From a virus, in IMG/VR virus record IMGVR_UViG_3300034284_003265, positions 27,194-91,193 of that record: DNA of 64,000 nt. One strand, written 5' to 3'. The translations under genes and the position numbers were made by a program. The notes below the pieces were generated by a model that was not told where the DNA came from, did no database searches, and saw only the letters and a list, made by a program, of their open reading frames with translations. This document shows positions 58,585 through 64,000 of this stretch, piece after piece; position 1 is the stretch's first letter, and each line of letters starts with the position of its first letter.

Positions 58585-59028
58585 ATGAAATTAAAACATT
58601 TACTAGAAAATTCTACTGAACACGCATATACTCCTCTTACCGTTTATGAGAAGAAGAATATGGTTGAAACGATCAAATCATATAACGAATATCGTAAAGG
58701 TTTGAAAACAGACAGTGTATATGAAACCGCACAAAAAATAATGGAAGCTGTTAATTTAGCAGAACGTTATGCTTTGAAAGAATGTGGCGATTGGATGGAA
58801 GCCAAGATGGTAGAACGTGATATGAAAGAAATTAAACGTGATGCCGCAAAGATGTACGAAGAAGCTCAAAAGATGAAAGCTATTGAAAAACAACTTGAAA
58901 TGTTGTACGAAGAAGTTGGTCGTCGTTTAGAGAGATATTTTGAAATTGCTGATCCAATCAATGAAGCTCCACAAGCTTATCAAACACAAAATCAACAAAG
59001 TTCAGTTAGTATCGATTCATTGGAATAG
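58585..59028 (+). CDS. helical hypothetical protein, possible head internal protein
   Basis: starts MKLKHLLE; TATTTATA at 58573-58580. Confidence 0.8.
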   Translation: MKLKHLLENSTEHAYTPLTVYEKKNMVETIKSYNEYRKGLKTDSVYETAQKIMEAVNLAERYALKECGDWMEAKMVERDMKEIKRDAAKMYEEAQKMKAIEKQLEMLYEEVGRRLERYFEIADPINEAPQAYQTQNQQSSVSIDSLE

Positions 59029-59473
59029 AATCGATATATTCTAACATTTTATCAAACGTTTCGAATACATATTTTCTATTAGTTTCCAAAACATAGCCTT
59101 CGTCAGTTTTATAGACGAAGGCTTTTATTTTTTCATTTTCCAATTGTAAAGCTGGAATTTCAATTTCAGAGAACATTTTATAGTCATCGTCGATTCTGAA
59201 ATTCATCTCGCCTAACATATCCAACTCTGAAAAGTTCCATCCATTTGGATGATCCAAATCTTCCAACTTATATATTTTAATATCTTCCTCAAAGTTATCG
59301 TTGTTTAAAAAATTAATCAACTTTGGACTTTTGTGGTTGTTGTAATTATTATTCATCGCACGAACGTCTGGATTAGAATATGGATTCTCATCGCCTTTTC
59401 TTTTGATATTTTTGTAATTATCCTTGGGTTGATTCATGTGTCTATTAAAATTTGGATTGAAATTGTATGGCAT
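59006..59473 (-). CDS. hypothetical protein
   Basis: 155-aa ORF, 4 nt downstream of the 59478-60071 gene. Confidence 0.75.
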   Translation of the reverse strand: MPYNFNPNFNRHMNQPKDNYKNIKRKGDENPYSNPDVRAMNNNYNNHKSPKLINFLNNDNFEEDIKIYKLEDLDHPNGWNFSELDMLGEMNFRIDDDYKMFSEIEIPALQLENEKIKAFVYKTDEGYVLETNRKYVFETFDKMLEYIDSIPMNRY

Positions 59474-59477
59474 AATA

Positions 59478-60071
59478 TTACATTGATCCTAATGTTGTAT
59501 TAATTCTGTCGATGAAATCAGATAACGTTTTACTTTTTTCTGCAAGATTTTCGTTATCAAAACTGTTGCTTAATAGATCTAATATTTCTTTATCGGGTTT
59601 ATCGGGAAATGTTCTTTGAATAATACAAGCGTATTTGTTTTGTTTATCTTCGTTGTCTACCAACTTTTTAAACACATATTTTTTATTGGTACCATTACTA
59701 TTGACTTCTGTAGAAACTTCGTTGGTACTTTTATTTTCTTTGAATTTTGTTTTTCCAAATCCACTAAATCCATTTTGTTTGGTTTGAAATACTTGTAATT
59801 CTTTTAGATCAAATGGTACTCCAACTTGTTTAGATAAATGTTTTTTAAAACTTATACCGCTTACTTTTTTAATTTTACCCAAACTATATTCATTTTCTTT
59901 TAATTTGTGAATAATTTCTTTTACTTTAGTAAAATCTTTTACACTACTTGGTTTTATAGTACGTGCCATTTTACGAACTTGCGGGGAAACTTCTTTTGAT
60001 TTAATTCCGCCTTTTTGTAAAGCTCTTACTAGTCTAAAAAGTTTTGCTTGTTTTTGCGATTTTGCAGGCAT
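59478..60071 (-). CDS. basic protein with DUF3008-like N-terminus
   Basis: MPAKSQKQ...ALQKG...KMARTI...VKDF; TATTTAT upstream (60078-60084, minus strand). Confidence 0.7.
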   Translation of the reverse strand: MPAKSQKQAKLFRLVRALQKGGIKSKEVSPQVRKMARTIKPSSVKDFTKVKEIIHKLKENEYSLGKIKKVSGISFKKHLSKQVGVPFDLKELQVFQTKQNGFSGFGKTKFKENKSTNEVSTEVNSNGTNKKYVFKKLVDNEDKQNKYACIIQRTFPDKPDKEILDLLSNSFDNENLAEKSKTLSDFIDRINTTLGSM

Positions 60072-60225
60072 ATATCAATAAATATAAAATATTTTTATTT
60101 ATTTCCATTTTATATTATATTTATTATTCAAATACATCATTCTTTGATGTCATATCAATTTATCTTCTTTGGAGTTCTTCAATAGCTTCACCAACAAATA
60201 ACAATAAGAAAGGCAAAATATAATT

Positions 60226-61287
60226 ATGAGCGATCTATTAAAAGAAAGCATTGCAGACGCGAAGGCTGTACGTGAAACAGCTTTGGCAAATGCAAAAACT
60301 TTCCTTGAAGAAAATTTTGCTGCTAGCATGAAAGAAATGTTCGCAGACAAACTCAAGGAAGAAATGGCAGAAGAAACCAGTGAAGAAGAAGGCAAGATCG
60401 ATGAAAAGCTTGCATCTTCAAACATCGGTAAAGATGATAGTAACATTGCTTCTAAGCAACATCCAACTAAACCATCTCCTGCTGCAAACAAAAACACAAC
60501 TCCTGCTGGAAAGCAAGAATTTGATGTAACACTTGAAGAAGAAACTGCAGTAGAAGAAGGTGCAGAAGTAACAAGCCAAGAACTAGATGAAATTCTAGCT
60601 GAATTGGAAAGTGAAGTATCCGAAGGCGATGATGCTCAAGAAGCACCAGAATCAGGTGATATGGACGAAGTTAGTTTGGATGAACTTCTAGCAGAACTAG
60701 AAGAAGAAGAAGCCGCTGTTCCAGCACCAGCTCCAGCACCAGTAGATCCAATGCAAGCAGCTGCTCCAGCTCCAGCTCCAGCACCAGCTCCAGAAATGGG
60801 ACAAGTTCCTTCTCCAGTAGCTGAAGGTGAAGAAGACGGAGTTACCGCTGAAGAAATGGCAGAAGCTTTGGTTGCTATCAACGAAGAAAACGAAGCTCTA
60901 AAGAAACAACTTGCAGAATCTCTAAGTACTGTTAAGTACATGAAGGGCGTTCTAGCAGAAACCAACCTATTGAATGCTAAGTTGCTTTATACCAACAAGT
61001 TGTTCAAGGGTAAGAGTTTGACCGAAGATCAAAAACTTAAGATCATCAACACTTTCGACTTGACCAAGAATATTCGTGAAGTCAAGTTGGCATATACAGT
61101 TTTGGCCGAATCAATTAATTCCGGTGCATCAGTTGCCAAGAAAAAGACAAATGCAACTGCTCAAACTATCACCGAAGGTTTGGCAAGCAAACCAGTATCA
61201 TCAACAAAGCCTGCTTCTACCATTGTAGAACCTCAAGCTGATGTGATGACTTCAAGATTCCAAAAACTCGCAGGAATCAAGAAGTAA
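60226..61287 (+). CDS. prohead scaffolding protein (gp22-like)
   Basis: very acidic, coiled coil, many L/I-x-E sites, directly upstream of the MCP. Confidence 0.85.
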   Translation: MSDLLKESIADAKAVRETALANAKTFLEENFAASMKEMFADKLKEEMAEETSEEEGKIDEKLASSNIGKDDSNIASKQHPTKPSPAANKNTTPAGKQEFDVTLEEETAVEEGAEVTSQELDEILAELESEVSEGDDAQEAPESGDMDEVSLDELLAELEEEEAAVPAPAPAPVDPMQAAAPAPAPAPAPEMGQVPSPVAEGEEDGVTAEEMAEALVAINEENEALKKQLAESLSTVKYMKGVLAETNLLNAKLLYTNKLFKGKSLTEDQKLKIINTFDLTKNIREVKLAYTVLAESINSGASVAKKKTNATAQTITEGLASKPVSSTKPASTIVEPQADVMTSRFQKLAGIKK

Positions 61288-61341
61288 AATTAGTTTGCGA
61301 GTAAAAACCTAACAGTAATTAATATAGAAAGAAATAAAAAT

Positions 61342-63168
61342 ATGAGTATGGATGTAAAAAGTCTATTGACAAACAATATGAATCCACAAGCCAAATTGAT
61401 GGCTGAAACACGTGGACTACAAAACAAGTGGGAAAAGACAGGCCTCCTAGAAGGTTGCCAAGGTGTTGAAAAAGCACACATGTCTATCCTCTTGGAAAAC
61501 CAAGCAAAGCAATTGCTCGACGAAGCAACTACAACTGGTACTTCTACCAGTTCTGAACAATGGGCTGGCGTAGCTCTTCCATTGGTTCGTCGTGTATTCG
61601 CTGAAATCGCTGCGAAGGAATTCGTAAGCGTTCAACCAATGAACCTACCATCTGGTCTAATCTTCTATCTAGACTTCAAATATGGTACAACCGCTCCAAA
61701 CCAAGACTTGCGTAACTTGAACAACGGTAGTTCCAAGACTACCCGTGCAGGTAAGCAATTGAATGACAGTTTGTTCGGTGGTACAGGTAAGAAATTGGGT
61801 TCAACCGATAGCGCAGTACGTGGTCTATACGGTCAAGGTGCTTATGCATATTCTGTACGTCCAGTAAGTAGCTCTGCTATTACTTTGACAAAGACCGCTG
61901 GTTCAACAAACAACGGTAACACAATTCAAACAGCTTCATGGAACGATGTTCAATTTGATGCTGATTTGAGCGCATCAGTTGTGGCTAAGAAGTTGTTCAA
62001 AGTTATTTTGAACCACGACGACAATACCTCTGGTATTGCTGCAAACGGATATGTATACAACGCCGATTTGGTCGCAGTACGTTCATTCAACTTGATCTCT
62101 GGTTCAACTACTCCAACCACTCTACAAAGCAGTGGTTTGGTATTGAATACCTATAGCAAGGCAATTAACACTGGTAGTTTGGGCGATCCATTCTATCAAT
62201 CTGTATACATTGTATCTGCATCTAACAGTGCATTCGGCGGTGTATCTAGCAAGATTAAATTGATCTATAGTCTACAACCTACCGATAACTTACGTGGTGA
62301 CTTCGAAGCTGGTAAGACCGCAGGTGAAGGTTCTGGTACCTCTGGTAACGTTGCTACACAAAGCATCGATACTGATATCAGTATCCCAGAAGTAAACTTG
62401 GTACTAAACAGTGAACCAATCGTTGCTAAGACCCGTAAGTTGAAGGCAGTCTGGACCCCAGAATTGGCTCAAGACTTGAACGCATATCACTCCATTGATG
62501 CAGAAGCAGAACTTACTGCTCTATTGAGTGAATATGTATCTATGGAAATCGACCTCGAAATCCTAGACATGTTGAACGAAGCCGTTCAAGGTCAAACAAC
62601 CGAAGCTTGGTCCGCCCAAATCGGTGTTGAATTCAGCAAGAGCATCAACGCAACCACTGGTGAAGCAATCTTCACACGTAATGCAAACAGTTCACCAAAC
62701 CGTACTGCTTACGTAAAGAGCACTTGGTTCCAAACTCTTGGAAACAAGATTCAAAAGGTATCTAACACAATCCAAAAATTGACCCTACGTGGTGGTGCTA
62801 ACTTCTTGGTCGTAAGTCCAGACGTAGCAACCATCTTGGAATCAATTCCAGGATATGTAGTAAACACTGATGGTGATCAAGCTAAGTTCGCAATGGGCGT
62901 AAGCCGTGTTGGTAGCTTTGCTTCTCGCTTCCAAGTTTACAAGAACCCATATATGACCGATAACGTTGTATTGGTTGGTTTCCGTGGAAATAACTTCCTA
63001 GAAACCGGTGCTGTATATGCTCCATATATCCCACTAATCCAAACTCCATTGGTCTATGATCCAGTGAACTTCACTCCACGTAGAGGTGTAATGACCCGCT
63101 ACGCTAAGAAGGTCGTCAGACCAGAATTTTATGGAAAAGTTATTATCGGTGATCTCGATACCGTATAA
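61342..63168 (+). CDS. major capsid protein (gp23-like)
   Basis: LLENQ, PLVRR, VQPM..PSGLIF, KTRKLKA.WTPELAQDL, YAPYIPL, FTPRRGVMTRY. Confidence 0.97.
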   Translation: MSMDVKSLLTNNMNPQAKLMAETRGLQNKWEKTGLLEGCQGVEKAHMSILLENQAKQLLDEATTTGTSTSSEQWAGVALPLVRRVFAEIAAKEFVSVQPMNLPSGLIFYLDFKYGTTAPNQDLRNLNNGSSKTTRAGKQLNDSLFGGTGKKLGSTDSAVRGLYGQGAYAYSVRPVSSSAITLTKTAGSTNNGNTIQTASWNDVQFDADLSASVVAKKLFKVILNHDDNTSGIAANGYVYNADLVAVRSFNLISGSTTPTTLQSSGLVLNTYSKAINTGSLGDPFYQSVYIVSASNSAFGGVSSKIKLIYSLQPTDNLRGDFEAGKTAGEGSGTSGNVATQSIDTDISIPEVNLVLNSEPIVAKTRKLKAVWTPELAQDLNAYHSIDAEAELTALLSEYVSMEIDLEILDMLNEAVQGQTTEAWSAQIGVEFSKSINATTGEAIFTRNANSSPNRTAYVKSTWFQTLGNKIQKVSNTIQKLTLRGGANFLVVSPDVATILESIPGYVVNTDGDQAKFAMGVSRVGSFASRFQVYKNPYMTDNVVLVGFRGNNFLETGAVYAPYIPLIQTPLVYDPVNFTPRRGVMTRYAKKVVRPEFYGKVIIGDLDTV

Positions 63169-63192
63169 TACTTAGTAGAAATAAAATAACTC

Positions 63193-63220
63193 AAAAACCC
63201 CAACGAAAGTTGGGGTTTTT
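63193..63220. terminator. bidirectional intrinsic terminator
   Basis: AAAAACCCCAAC-GAAA-GTTGGGGTTTTT between convergent genes. Confidence 0.92.
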
Positions 63221-63226
63221 CTTGCA

Positions 63227-64000
63227 TTACTCAAAAAATTCGTTGGTAGATGTTACAACGATTTCTTGCACTTCTTCTTTGAACGAAGTATCTTTGGGGT
63301 AAGGTAGAACTTTATGTTTTAGAGATTTAACCAGTTTCTTATTTTCTATCTTGTTGCTAATAAACTTGACGTAACGATGTTTACCACTTTCACGTTTACG
63401 CCAAAATGTTCTACCTATACGTTCTTTTAATTTATCTACACTGTGTGTTTTCCATCTAGCATATACACTTCTACTATGTATCCATTCATATTGATTTGGA
63501 CCAATTAAACTAACACTATAGTTAGGCATTATTGCTATATCCACATAGTTGTCTCCTTGATATACAAATCCAGTTGCTTGATATATTGTTCCAGCGTGTC
63601 CAACTTCACTATCTGCATAACTAAGAATACATTTAATGTGTGGATATTCTCTGTTTAATAGTCTAAAACTTTCAGCTATACAATAACTCTCTATATTTTT
63701 ACCATAACCATCTGCAATCCATAACCGCGTTAATTCCAACACATTATTGTTAGTAAGTAGACAAGATACGCTGGTACTTGCATTTCTACCTACGGCATTT
63801 CCATATACTAATACACCTATCAGGCGTTCGTTAAATCCCCCAAAGAAAGTACTTTCGATATACTCTTTGTAATAAACTCCATAAGCTACAGTACAAAGTG
63901 ACCACTTGTGAGTATAGTGGTTCTTTTCAATAAGAATTTTTGCAACATTCTTATTGATGCTTTTGAGGTAAATTAATGAGGGGTTAAAATACTCCGACAT
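63227..64000 (-). CDS. Mom-like GNAT DNA (adenine) modification enzyme
   Basis: HYTH, LELTRLW, ES..IA, ILSYADSEVGHAGTIYQATGFVYQG as in the Mu Mom family. Confidence 0.8.
   Translation of the reverse strand: MSEYFNPSLIYLKSINKNVAKILIEKNHYTHKWSLCTVAYGVYYKEYIESTFFGGFNERLIGVLVYGNAVGRNASTSVSCLLTNNNVLELTRLWIADGYGKNIESYCIAESFRLLNREYPHIKCILSYADSEVGHAGTIYQATGFVYQGDNYVDIAIMPNYSVSLIGPNQYEWIHSRSVYARWKTHSVDKLKERIGRTFWRKRESGKHRYVKFISNKIENKKLVKSLKHKVLPYPKDTSFKEEVQEIVVTSTNEFFE

Noticed and set aside
1-64000. Stop-codon reassignment
   Set aside because: Core genes are intact and densely packed in the standard code; TAA, TGA and TAG all appear as gene ends

Overview
AT-rich fragment of a large T4-like contractile-tailed phage genome; the long ORFs read intact in the standard code. 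Contents in order: phage tmRNA (261-645); small accessory genes including a probable ADP-ribosyltransferase and an 895-aa collagen/Pro-rich membrane protein; phoH; three paralogous fibre-like genes; hsp20; a gp55-like late sigma factor; a baseplate/tail module (gp5-like spike, glycine-zipper protein, gp25, gp6, gp7-like, FG-GAP protein); RuvC-like resolvase, primase and a fused Mre11-Rad50 (gp47-gp46); a ~9.3 kb glycan cluster; a very large tail sheath; terminase, portal, prohead protease, scaffold and major capsid protein; and a Mom-like DNA modification enzyme. Best candidate for a novel system: virion glycosylation. Two TibC/AAH-type protein heptosyltransferases, GT2/GT4 enzymes, sugar O-methyltransferases and an aminotransferase/acetyltransferase pair sit beside virion proteins loaded with (S/T)GS/SAS motifs that may be acceptor sites. 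Other highlights: a recurrent TA(T/C)TTAT(A) late-promoter candidate, which is the reverse complement of the T4 late consensus and often lies within ~10 nt of the ATG; and a shared N-terminal capsid-targeting-like peptide on unrelated enzymes. All family calls come from motif recognition by eye, not from database searches.
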